Assembly: GCA_964035545.1 (NCBI GenBank)
Contig: OZ037766.1
Location: forward strand, 12,824,722 to 12,888,721
Source of the DNA: Bugula neritina
Taxonomy: Eukaryota; Animalia; Bryozoa
Reading direction: 5' to 3'
Length of the DNA stretch: 64,000 nucleotides
Shown: positions 11,262 through 23,165 of the stretch, in pieces
How positions within the stretch are numbered: position 1 is the first letter of the stretch
How the letters are laid out: every line of letters begins with the position of its first letter
Position numbers and translations under genes: made by a program
Notes under the pieces: generated by a model
Told to the model about the DNA's origin: nothing
Databases searched by the model: none
What the model saw: the letters and a program-made list of their open reading frames with translations, nothing else

Positions 11262-14200
11262 TTATGACACATCGAAAAGTGATGAGTCATCAAAATGGCC
11301 GTCTGTAACAAGCTGAAAATACCTTTCTTGAGAGAAGAGCTCAATGTTGGCTACTTGATGTGGATAATCACACTCAATGTTCTTGAATGCTTGACTCAGC
11401 ACCACAGCCTGGTAGATGGGACCATCAAATCCTGGGATGTGTTCACTGTCTTTTACATAGCCAACAAACAATCCAGTTGGCCTAAACTCAGCTCCAATCT
11501 TCACATAGACTAAGCTCCCACAATCTCCTTCAATCAGTTTCCTTCAAGACAACATATTATTAATCAAAATATTATTTAAATCAAAGTGAACCTATTTAAA
11601 CTCAGACAAGCAATAGTATAGTTTTATTATTTCTGTGTTTTTTTTTCAAACTATTAAGACTATGATATGTTTTTCATATTTGAAGTAACTTATTAAAACA
11701 TTTTAAAGTATAATGCCTGTCACTTAACCAACTCAACTTACAACTCAGCTTCCGCTGTGACTGCTGATACCAACACAAAGGTCATGTGTTGTCCTAGTTT
11801 TTGTCCATTTCTTTGAAATCGTCTGGTAACTATTCTCCCTAGCATTCCCTTAACCATCACATTTCTTCCAGTCAGCTGATGCAAATCTTTTTCAGTGGGG
11901 ATCTGCAAAAGTTTTGTTGAAAATGGGCTTTCTTGTTTTCGAATCCCATTCATATTATTTGCAGCAATCTCTTCGAAGAAACTTTGCAACTTTTTATCTA
12001 AGAGCTTTTGTAAACATGAGGCCTGCTTGTGATTGATTGAGAAGAGTGCCAAGTCATTCATGAACTTGTGAGGACATTGTGATATATATTGAGGATCACA
12101 ACTTAGTTCTGGACATTCCCATTGCGGTTGTGACTCACTGCTAGACGTAAGTCGAGTGTACCAGTGACGGTAACTAAGCAACACTGGATGCTCCAATTCC
12201 CCAACTTTGCTGCTCTTTTGATTTTCAGTTTTTATGTAGTATTGCCTCCTTGTAGAGCGACTTTCTACTTCTGCTCTCACTCTTGAAATTGCAGACATAT
12301 TTTCATCATCGCTGTCAACATCGTGCACTTGGTCATGGTTTTGATCATTTTTTTTTTCATTGTTCTGATCGTTTGCCGGTTCTGTACCGGAGGGTTTCTT
12401 TGATGGACCCGCTAGTTGGCAACTGTAGGCAAGGGCGTTTTCAAGATTTAGCTCAGTTCTGTCCTCATGCATAGCAGTCTGCTTCATATAAAAGCTATCA
12501 GCTGCAGCTGCTTCTTCATTTTGCTTGTGAGCAAGAACCAGATGTGCTGGAGCCACTGCGTAGACTCTCTTATAAGGCTTATTGTAGTTAGCGCATTTCC
12601 TTTCAGCAATAACAAATGCTTCACAGACAGTCTGCTTTACTGAGTCTCCCCACAGCTTTTCATTCTTTGCAGCTTTCTTTTTGTTGATAGTCAGAATCTT
12701 CTCCCAGCTGAGGGTCTTCATTGTGAATGGATTGTTATTATTTTTCAAAGTTATCTCAAACTTAGTGAGTAATTCACTGTGCAGGTACGTCTGGAGTTTG
12801 GACTGAATTATTGAAACATCTTTTCCAAGTACCAAGATTTTCCTCCAATCAATAGCAGACTGACCAAATGTAAAATCACTTATGTTGTGACTGTCGAGAA
12901 GTCTAAAAGTAAAGACATGGTAAAAAACACACAAAACTAAAAAACATGAATGAACCATTTCAGTTAACAATATCCATAAACTCAAATGTGTTCTTATAAG
13001 AACACTAATATATGTATAACCTTTCAATCAAACTGTGGAGTTCCACGCAATTTAATAACACAATAATAATAAGGAAAGTAACCTCTCAATAGCATTTATT
13101 AGAGACTCGGGTGCAGGTTCATAAGGTGCATCTGAAGACAACTCTCCAGTTACAGGGTTCAGTATCACAGGTTCTACAATTAGTTTTTGTATGGCAAACA
13201 AAACATTTAAATAAAATAAAATACATTTCCCAATCAAAATTTATGTCTCAACATTTATGATCTACAAGATTCAAGCAGAAAAGCTATTTTTAATAAGAAT
13301 TTTCAATAAGTGAAAGTGAACCTACACAGTATATGTACAAGAAAGTAACCATCTTCGTTTTTATAGAATAATCAAAGAAGTCTGCAATTTTGGCTTTGCT
13401 GTACTGTGTTTAGTACTATAACTATCTTAATTTATGATAGTATTGCTTATAATTGTTATTGGAACCGGTTGAAAATGAAATTATAGGAACATTTGGCTAA
13501 GCTGACATATCAAATGTTGAGAACAAGTATAGGCTATTGAAAATTTAACAACACTATTTAGCTTCAAATCTAAATTATTTCTCTTAGACTATGTAACAAT
13601 TATTATGCAAACAAAATATGCATGATGAGGTCACATAGTGATAGTTGAAGAATGCCTGTAATATATAAAATAAAATATCCCCTACATAACAAAACCTAGA
13701 ATAATTATAATACACTGTATCTCACCACTGTTATCTGATAGACTCATAGACTTTTCTTCCACTTGATCATCTGCAGCAGTGTTTTGAGTTACAGTGTCAG
13801 CTGGTGTGCTCACATCTGATGCTGAAAAAAAGTTAGTATTATTAAGTCTTAATAGCTGCCATTACATTAGCACTTAATTTAGTACTCACTTCAATAGAAA
13901 ATTGAAATAGAAAATAGGAATTAGTCTAAGCTCATACACATGATACAATACATAATTATAGTAAATTGTCCTTCATTTTGTATTTTTATTACTGAAGAAT
14001 TCAATATTTCATTCTAGTTATGAAACCAGAGTTATGTGATATATCATTTAGTAGCTGTCAAAGATCATTCAGTAGAACTTTAGAAGGTAAGCATTGACAA
14101 CAGCAAAAGTTGCTAATGGCTTTAATTTAAACTGCTTCAAGCACTATAAGAGACAGGTGCAACAAAAAAGAAATGATTAACAGAGATGTTTAGGTAAAAA

Positions 14201-17200
14201 AGCAATAATTGTGAAAGTGTCAGCATTACAAAGAAGTTCATTAGTGATAACCTTTAAGCCAAGAGAGTTCAGTAAACAAAGCCATAAAAACAGCCAACAG
14301 CCATATAATTATATATAGTAGCTCTGGTAATCATTTATATTAAAAGAAATATATCAACAGTCTACACCATTGGGAATTACGTCTGATTTATACTATTATA
14401 CTATATCCAAGGAAGTTAAACCATTTAAGTGTTGCAGTTGTTACCAATGTATGTTTAGTCAGAACAGCTATAATTATATGCAACAAAGTGAAAACAATCA
14501 ACAGCAAACCATAAATAAAATTGAATATAGGGACTTTAGCTTGCAAAAGGACTATATATACAAAGTTATATATTGTATTTGAGAAATAATGTACTCCTAG
14601 TTGAAAAAAAGTTTGTGGAAAACAAAGAAAATATTTAATAAAATTTTAGAAATGTTATGAGAAAAAGTTTAGCAGACTACAATACTTAAAACATCAAATA
14701 TGCAATAATGAGAACAGATAGCGGACAATGTCAGTTCAAAAGAGAACAACGCTGCATGCATGTGAAGATAGCAATGCGTTATAATACAACAAAACATTAA
14801 AATAGAAACTTGGTAAACCATACTTTCATCAGCAGGTGATGCAGCCCTTTCTTCTTGTTCTTCTGGCAAAGTCTCCCAGTCTGGTTCATTTGCGTAGTAA
14901 AATAAGTTCAGAGCATGCTGCAGTTCCTCTGTAGAAGTTAATTTGTGGACAATTAGGAAAATATTGGAGAAGATGTTAGAAATGCAGCATTTTTATAAAA
15001 GTAATTTGCCAGACTACAAAGTTTGAATCATCAAAATATATAGGAGTGACAACAGACAGTAGATAAAAATAATCTGCCAGCAATTATATAATATACTGAA
15101 ATAATTATAGTAAATAGTAAATCATACTTTCATAATAATCCCTTATTCTTTCTTGTTTCTCTAATTCTTTTCTAATCATGCTGCTTGCTGTGGCATGACT
15201 TTCAAATCCAGAGTCAGCTATGCTCATAGTCGGCATCTCTGTAAAAAAACATATCATTTTGTTGTCCTTCTATAGTAGAAAAATAAATTGTCAACAACTA
15301 AGAAAATATTTCAGGTAAGAAAATCTTGGAATGGCAATTATATTTTTGTAAAGATATTCACAACATAAAATATAAAATTTGACAACAGATAGTGGAGAAT
15401 GCCAGTGCAAGAGAAGTAACACCCATTCAGAGTTAATTATAATTAGGCTTATAGCAATATGCTACAGTAGAAATAGAAACTTTGAAAATCGTACCTCTAT
15501 CAAAAAGCCTATAAGCAGAACTTCTTTGTCCTTCTGATCCAGTAATGCTGTCTGCTGTCGCAGCATTTTGAAATCTCAAATCATGCTTCAACTCCAAGGC
15601 CTGCCCTACTAATACTGAAGTAAATTTATAAATGAGAATTGTGTGAGGTACAATAACTCCACAAAGCAGAAATTATTATGTTTTTGTTTGCATTGGCTAG
15701 CATATCTAATATATCTAGTATATCTAGTTATGTAACTAACTCGAGATTTGCAAACTCTGCAATCGATGTCTGCACGCAATCAAAGGGTTTTTTATGAAAA
15801 CATGTAAAGCAGTATAGAATAAAATGTTAATAGTTATAGAGCATGTATTTCTTCCAGAAGCAACCATTGATATTCAACTTTACAATGAGATGAGACTATA
15901 TAACTATAAGAAAGCAAAATCCTGTCTTAATTTATTTGCTTTGCACGAAGACCAAGACCAAGACCAATCCGAAGGCTTTTATTTTTTGGCTTTAAAACAG
16001 ATTCAGACTGAATATAATTAGCTTTTACTCTGTTTTTAAAAGAGCTCCTTAATTGAGTCAATTGCTCCGCATATTATGAACAAGTATTTCTATAATTCAA
16101 AAGATAATAATGTTGCGTAGTTTAGAAAAATATTTTTTTGTAGGCTGCTATAAGCTTTAAGCTCTTTCATCTTTTGAAAAGAGATTTTTATTTAAATTTA
16201 CAAAGCTCTTTATATATAACCCGCCATTTTGCTGTGATATATTACTTTGTTTATACAACCATCGAAATTCAAATAAAATATACAAATTATCAATACACAC
16301 TGCATTTTATTATCATGTTCAGTAACGCTTGAAATAACGAATTTCAAAGATATTTTTGAAAGCTGTTTCCTGTCCTCGATCTTCACTATTGTCAAAAATT
16401 TTAAATATTGAAGAAATATGGATATCTAGATATACCACTGCAGTAAAATCTGACAGAGTGTAAAAATCACTAAATAACAGACATGAGCAGTGCAGGTGTA
16501 TCTCAAAGAAAAATAGCTGCTAGTTTAGAACTTATGGCTATCTTACCTTCATCTAGGGTGGACTGTCTGGTTTTATATCTATCAGATGCACTCTTCTTTA
16601 TGCTGAAAAGCTTCCCGATTTCATCTGCTGATATTCTTTCAACTATGCTTTTTATTAGTTTTGAATGACCATTAAATGTGATTATATGTATAACTGTTTC
16701 ACCATAATTATTCTGGAGAGTGAGCAAATCTGTCAAGTCAGCTGCTTGTACAGAGTCTAGAATACATTTCACTGTCTCTGTATGACCTCTTTCTGCTGCT
16801 CTGTGTACAGCTGTATAACCAGGGCTATTCTCTATACTGAGTAGTTTGTACAAGTCAGCTTCTGGTACAGAGTCTAGAATACATTTCACTGTCTCTGTAT
16901 GACCTCCTTCTGCTGCTCTGTGTACAGCTGTATCACCAAACCTAGCTTGTATACTGAGTAGTTTGTACAGGTCAGCTGCTGGTACAGAGTCTAGAATACA
17001 TTTCACTGTCTCTGTATGACCTCCTTCTGCTGCTCTGTGTACAGCTGTATCACCAAACCTAGCTTGTATACTGAGTAGTTTGTACCAGTCAGCTGCTGGT
17101 ACAGAGTCTAGAATACATTTCACTGTCTCTGTATGCCCTCTTTCTGCTGCTCTGTGTACAGCTGTATAACCAGGGCTATTCTCTATACTGAGTAGTTTGT

Positions 17201-18912
17201 ACAAGTCAGATGTTGGTACAGAGTCTAGAATACATTTCACTGTCTCTGTATGACCTCCTTCTGCTGCACTGTGTACAGCTGCATTACCATCTCTATTTTG
17301 TGAACTGAGTAGTTTATACCAGTCAGCCGCTAGTACAGAGTTTAGAATGCATTTCACTGTCCCTGTATGACCTCTTATTGCTGCACTGTGTACAGGTGTA
17401 TTACCATCTCTATTTTGGTGACTAGTCAATATTCCGAAGGCCCATTAGTCCGAAGGTCCATTAGTCCGAAGGTCCATTAGTCCGAAAATTAGTACACATG
17501 ATAGTAAATAGCATCCTCACTGAGAATATCATTGATTTCACTCACAATCTAGTTTAAGTTCTTGCTTTGTTAAAGCTGTATGTGGGTGGCATGCGTGTTG
17601 CCTACTTGTGATTGTTTAGCCTGAGATTACACTATGACTAGAAAACAGCTGCATCATCTATCAACATTCCATTGCGGCTGCTTTATAAACAAAGTACACA
17701 GCAAGCTATTCACTAGCCTGTCAGCTAACAGGCCTGTAATTAATAATGTAATAAAGATCACATTTGCAATGTATAAATCACTTATATTTTATAGAAAGTC
17801 TATAAAAGCTATTGAAAATTTCAAAGAAGTTGCTTTGAGGAACAGAAAGATCTACAACATGGTTTTTAAATTTCGATTCTATAGCACAATTAGGTGAGGT
17901 TTTATTTGGCTGGACTGAATTCTTATATACTAATAGTGTGGCCCCAGCAAGGTAGTTACAGCTAGAAGGTTGCCCTTATCTACATATCTTGTGGATATGC
18001 TTGGTTTGGTATATTATGGTGTGCAGTTTTGGTTATTCGATTTTAGAGTAGTGTCCAGGATGTTTATAATTTTTAGTCTTCAATGCATTTTTACAGATAT
18101 CCCTAATTAAAGATATTTTTAATTACAAAGAGATATTTTCAATTGAAATGGATATATGTATAATTTAATTAATATAATAATGCAGTTTAGCAGCTTACAG
18201 ATAATTGAAGAGATTAAATGTGATACCAAATAATTAACTACCAAGCCAGAGATTTACTATTACATTCAATAGTAAAATTCTAAAACAAACCATGCATTAT
18301 TTTTTTGACGCTAACTTCAAATGCAACTTTTTTTTATAAGTTATGAGGTGCCCGTAATTTTTTACAAAAATACAGTACAGTAGACACAAAATGTTTGCTT
18401 GGCTTTAATTTTACCGGTTTCATGTTTCTTATACTTTAGTTTTTCAGTTTTTAGTCAACATTAAGGGCCTATATAAGCTGACTGACTGTAGCTAGAATAG
18501 AATTACAGTCCCCTGTCATTTTTACACTAACTGTAAAATAAGTTATACTAATTAAATGCCAGTAAATTATATAAAAATAGCCAAAGACAAACAGATAATA
18601 AAAAAACTAATAGAAAAAGTTACAATTAACCTATTCTATTGAAGCACATTCCAACATTAAATAAATAATAAATTTTATAAATGATAAAAGGATTTATAAT
18701 GAATTTTTTAAAATTATATTTAGCAAACATCAGTGTATCCTATATGCAAAATTACAATGGTTTGCTAGAAACAACATCGGCATGGTAGTCCCTAGTAACT
18801 TAAGTCCTAAATCGAAACTTGGAGGAAGATTTTACCTATTTACATTTAATTATGAGTAGCCTATACTAGTGCAGGTATGTGTGTGGAGGAGATCGCACAC
18901 GCCCGCACGCAC

Positions 18913-18948
<36 letters not shown>

Positions 18949-21206
18949 TATATATATCTATAAAGGTTGCATTTGGAGTTAGCGTCAAAAAAAAATAATG
19001 GTTTGTTTTAGAATTTTGCTATTGAATGTAATAGTAAATCTCTGGCTTGGTAGTTAATTATTTGGTATCACATTTAATCTCTTCAATTATCTGTAAGCTG
19101 CTAAACTGCATTATTATATTAATTAAATTATACATATATTTATTTCAATTAAAAATATCTCTTTGTAATTAAAAATATCTTTAATTATAGGGATATCTGT
19201 AAAAATGCATTGAAGACTAAAAATTATAAACATCTTGGACACTACTCTAAAATCAAATAACCAAAGCTGCACACCATAATATACCAAACCAAGCATATCC
19301 ACAAGATATGTAGATAAGGGCAACCTTCTAGCTGTAACTACCTTGCTGGGACCACACTATTAGTATATAAGAATTCAGTCCAGCCAAATAAAACCTCACC
19401 TAATTGTGCTATAGAATCAAAATTTAAAAACCATGTTGTAGATCTTTGTGTTCCTCAAAGCAACTTTTTTGAAATTTTCAATAGCTTTTATAGACTTTCT
19501 ATAAAATATAGGTGATTTATACACTGCAAATGTGATCCTTATTACATTATTAATTACAGGCCTGTTAGCTGACAGGCTAGTGAATAGCTTGCTGTGTACT
19601 TTGTTTATAAAGCAGCCGCAATGGAATGTTGATAGATGATGCAGCTGTTTTCTAGTCATAGTGTAATCTCAGGCTAAACAATCACAAGTAGGCAACACGC
19701 ATGCCACCCACATACAGCTTTAACAAAGCAAGAACTTAAACTAGATTGTGAGTGAAATCAATGATATTCTCAGTGAGGATGCTATTTACTATCAAGTGTA
19801 CTAATTTTCGGACTAATGGACCTTCGGACTAATGGACCTTCGGACTAATGGGCCTTCGGAATATTGCTCCGTCCCCCTCTATTTTGTGAACTGAGTAGTT
19901 TGTACCAGTCAGCTGCTGGTACAGGGTCTAGAATACATTTCACTGTTTCTGTATGACCTCCTTCTGCTGCACTGTGTACAGCTGTCTCACCATATTTATC
20001 CTGTATACTGAGTAGTTTGCACAGGTCATCTGCTGGTACAGAGTCTATAATACATTTCACTGTCTTTGTATGACCTCTTTCTGCTGCTCTGTGTACAACT
20101 GTATTACCATCCTCATTCTCCAGACTGAGTAGTTTGTACCAGTCGGCTGCTGGTAAAGAGTCTAGAATACATTTCACTGTCTCTGTATGACCTCCTACTA
20201 CTGCTCTGTGTACAGCTGTATCACCATATTCTTTCTTTATACTGAGTAGTTTGTACAAGTCAGCAGCTGGTACAGAGTTTAGAATACATTTCACTGTCTC
20301 TGTATGACCTCCTTCTGCTGCTCTGTGAACAGCTGTATTACCAGAGTGATTCTGTATACTGAGTAGTTTATACAAGTCAGATGCTGGTACAGAGTCTAGA
20401 ATACATTTCACTGTCTCTGTATGACTTCTCTTTGCTGCTCTGTGTACAACTGTATTACCATCTCTATTCTGTATACTGAGTAGTTTGTACAAGTCAGATG
20501 CTGGTACAGAGTCTAGAATACATTTCGCTGTCTCTGTATGACCTCCTTCTGCTGCACTGTGTACAGCTGTATCATCAAATTTATCCTGTATACTGAGTAG
20601 TTTGTACCAGTCAGCAGCTGGTACAGATTCTAGAATACATTTCACTGTCTCTGTATGACCTCTTTCTGTTGCTCTGTGTACAGCTGTATCACCAGAGTAG
20701 ATATTCTCTATACTGAGTAGTTTGTACAAGTCAGATGCTGGTACAGAGTCTAGAATACATGTCACTGTCTCTGTATGCCCTCTTTCTGCTGCTCTGTGTA
20801 CAACTGTATCACCAAACCTAGCTTGTATACTGAGCAGTTTGTACCAGTCAGCTGCTGGTACAGATTCTAGAATACATTTCACTGTCTCTGTATGACCTCC
20901 TTCTGCTGCTCTGTGTACAGCTGTATCACCAGAGTAGATATTCTGTATACTGAGTAGTTTGTACAGGTCAGCTGCTGGTACAGAGTCTAGAATACATTTC
21001 ACTGTCTCTGTATGACCTCCTTCTGCTGCTATATGCAATACTGTAGTGAAAAAGTTTGTTTTACCTTGGTACGTAAGAAAGTTCTGCATACAAAGTACCT
21101 TCAATCTATCCTCAGTTGACAGAGAAGTCAGTGTCTCTTTGAACTTATCCACATCACCATCTGTAATGTATTCTATTAGCTTTTCCCAAACCTCCTCAAT
21201 TGACAT
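11262..21206 (-). CDS. Ankyrin-repeat (x17) - linker - predicted trypsin-fold cysteine protease gene; 8 exons, 1384 aa when reconstituted; exon 1 interrupted by a transposon
   Basis: Exons on minus: 21206-19877 + 17407-16547, 15614-15495, 15238-15128, 14928-14824, 13821-13726, 13173-13083, 12902-11742, 11541-11262. All introns are GT-AG with matching phases (1,1,1,1,1,2,2). Total 4155 nt with no internal stop. Confidence 0.82.
17417..19876. mobile_element. Non-autonomous foldback / Mutator-like DNA transposon (2460 bp) with ~915-bp inverted arms
   Basis: 9-bp TSD CTCTATTTT (17408-17416 / 19877-19885); GG...CC termini; three subterminal 16-bp repeats (tccgaaggtccattag); arms ~17417-18330 and ~18963-19876; no transposase ORF. 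Removing the element restores the sequence seen in the neighbouring ankyrin unit. Confidence 0.93.
18906..18947 (+). repeat. (CA)n microsatellite in the foldback spacer
   Basis: Direct reading. Confidence 0.95.
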
Positions 21207-21262
21207 TCTCGTTGCTTACTCTACTGTACACAGTTTTAAACTAAACTCCTGCCTTCCAAGTC

Positions 21263-21423
21263 ACTGCGTTTCCATGACTGCGCATAATGCGAATGAATTC
21301 CCGTACGGATTATTTGTGGTTTGTGGTTTGCATTAACTTATAGTTGCGGTTTCATTTGATGTAACTGTTTCCATTAGCCGAATGAAAAGATCCATTCGCA
21401 TAATGCGATAATGGAAACGCAGT
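21263..21423. mobile_element. Small MITE-like element with 13-bp TIR
   Basis: ACTGCGTTTCCAT ... ATGGAAACGCAGT; a related degenerate end lies at ~37610-37659; TSD not evident. Confidence 0.6.
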
Positions 21424-22336
21424 TTGCCGTAATAACTAGGTCAGTGATCAACTGTTGAATAACAGGAAGAATCTGCCCTATGGAGTTGTTATAGGTCACG
21501 AGCTAGTGCACTCGTTACTGTAAATTGATGTCATCACTATAATTATAATATAAATTACAAAGTGTCGCAATGCTAACTGTTTATCACGTATTACTAAGCC
21601 AACAAGCCAGAAGCTAGCGAATCAATCTTCTCCGTCATTCTAAGAATTAATTTATAATTTAGGGGTTGCCTTTCTTCCTGCAGCACCAGTACTCTGTATA
21701 GTCTGCTTCACCCAAGATAGTAACTCTCGTGGGTAGAAGAGTATAAAATAAGTGACCAGAATCTTATAGAATACACAACTATAGCTTATCATAGCAGTTG
21801 ATATGACCATGACCTTTATATTTCGGACTGATGATACATCTCCACCTGTCTCTGTTTACAACTATAGGGATTCTTTTTCTGCAGAGGGGCAAATGTATAT
21901 CTTTACGTGTAACCTGGTGCCAGTATTTAAATAACTCAAGTAATTTTAAGACACATGTCACAGTTTATGCCAAGTAAACTGTTAAAAAGTGACCATTACT
22001 TTCAGTTTCTATCTGATGCTAAATAATACTCCTGCAGTTACAACATTTCACATAAGCTGAGCACTTAGTGCAACTATGCAAAAACAAGAAATTAAACCTT
22101 TGAAAGGTATACATAATATATTATTATATAATAACTTAGTGAGTATATATTATATAATAATATATAGTGATTGTAATTAATAAAAATAGGAAAAATCAGT
22201 TGTACATCATAATGCACCCAGGGATGTAGTGGTACCCATACGGTCCCATACGCCGTATGGCCTAGAAGAAAATAGACTGTTCTAGGCCATACGTCCATAT
22301 ATTTTTTGAAAGATGATTAGTGCACAGGATAGTTGG

Positions 22337-22620
22337 GCATCCTCACTGAGAACATCATAAATTTCGCTCACAATCTAATTTAAGTTCTTGTTATGTTAAT
22401 GCTATGTGGGTGGCATATGCGTGTTGCCTACTTGTGATTGTTTAGCCTGAGATTACACTATGAATAATATGCATCTGTCAACATTCCATCTTCTTATCTC
22501 TACGTGTTCATTGAAGTGCAAAGTGCTGTGCATTGGTGATTACTAAGGAAAACATATTTCATTTTCAGTGTATAAATCACTAATTTGTAGAAAATCTATA
22601 AAGGCTATTGGAAAGATAAA
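22337..22620 (+). mobile_element. Diverged relic of the foldback arm sequence
   Basis: gcatcctcactgaga...gcctgagattacactatga and gtataaatcact...gctattg match 17511-17680 and 17770-17820. Confidence 0.75.
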
Positions 22621-23165
22621 AAGATTTGCTATGCATGAATTTCTCAGGTTTTCGACAGTGTTTGTTTTTATACATTTTTCTGGCATGGACTATTTGCATC
22701 TGTTTAAGATAAGCAGGTGGCTATTCTCAATGATACTGACCATTCATTAAGGTGGTTGTGGGTGTTTTTTCTCATTAGAAAAAAAGTTGTAAATGGTCAA
22801 AATAAACCAGCTGGCTCTCAACTCTTTTTGATTTATTTCTTAAGTATTATATTGTTTTATTTATCACCTTAATCCCCTACCGTCTTTCATACATTGCAAA
22901 TCCAATTATATGTTTTCGAATAATGTATAATTTGCTTGGCATATACTCATATATACCAGTTTTGCTACTTATAATTGGCCTATTATTACAGCAACACATA
23001 ATAGGATATAGTTGAGCTCTTGCAAGTCATTATAAAAGAGAAAGACGTTTTGCTTAAATTTTCTCACTCATTAGTTAAAAACAACTGCTTTATAAATTAT
23101 TTCAAGTGTCTTGTTTAAATTCAGGAATTTTGTAATTGTCAAAGCTCGACTTTTTAATTTTGCAG

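Larger units (their letters stand above)
16650..21045 (-). repeat. Coding tandem array of 117-120-bp ankyrin units (10 before and 7 after the insertion)
   Basis: Repeated consensus G(D/N)TAVHRAAEGGHTETVKCILDSVPAADLYKLLSIQ; the DNA units are highly similar. Confidence 0.95.

Noticed and set aside
16503-17429. 308-aa ankyrin ORF as an independent gene ending ...AAIFL*
   Set aside because: Its start lies in the transposon terminus and a strong GTAAGA donor at 16546 precedes the stop; it is the second half of exon 1.
17433-17485. 16-bp repeats (and their mirror at ~19808-19860), plus the 117-bp repeats with variable segments, as a CRISPR-like array
   Set aside because: The 16-mers are spacerless transposon subterminal repeats and the 117-bp units are in-frame ankyrin codons; eukaryotic context with no cas genes.
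17634-19659. Twin ORFs MTRKQLHH... on opposite strands
   Set aside because: Mirror images produced by the foldback arms; no recognisable domain.
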